Part shown: piece after piece, positions 63,997 to 64,000 of the stretch
Layout: the number at the start of each line of letters is the position of its first letter
Position numbering within the stretch: position 1 is the first letter of the stretch
DNA from: Octopus vulgaris
Taxonomy: Eukaryota
Length of the DNA: 64,000 bases
NCBI GenBank assembly: GCA_951406725.2
Contig: OX597821.1
Span: 58,590,001-58,654,000, forward strand
Direction: 5' to 3'
Program-made: the position numbers and the translations under genes
Notes under the pieces: model-generated
Databases searched by the model: none
The model's input: the letters and a program-made list of their open reading frames with translations, nothing else
What the model was told of the DNA's origin: nothing

Positions 63997-64000
63997 AGAT
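63997..64000 (+). CDS. ALS2: Start of the next ALS2 exon, truncated by the window edge
   Basis: Pyrimidine tract TTTTCTTTTCTCTTCAG acceptor; phase-2 join CA+A GAT. Only 4 nt are visible. Confidence 0.6.

Overview
AT-rich, microsatellite- and SINE-dense animal genomic DNA. The repeat landscape (tRNA-derived SINE families, RTE tails ending in (GAT)n, Penelope remnants) resembles octopus/coleoid cephalopod; this is an inference. The window is essentially the 5' part of one large plus-strand gene, an alsin/ALS2 orthologue. I traced 16 phase-compatible GT-AG coding exons by hand from 8892 to the window end: about 1140 codons covering the RCC1-like domain with a long insert, the DH domain and the start of the PH domain. 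MORN and VPS9 domains are expected downstream. Its first coding intron (24 kb) hides an antisense, single-coding-exon alpha-arrestin-like gene (19571..20872) with no PPxY motif and an eight-cysteine C-terminus, plus a candidate alternative first exon (27492..27568). The introns also hold two Penelope-type remnants with minimal hammerhead ribozyme folds (one with a G3:C8 compensatory core swap), two back-to-back foldback hairpins just after an exon, a nested ~510 bp tandem repeat, an HSE/GAS/kB-motif minisatellite and several MITEs. Almost all other ORF-track entries are repeat-derived noise. No CRISPR, rRNA or intact tRNA genes were found.
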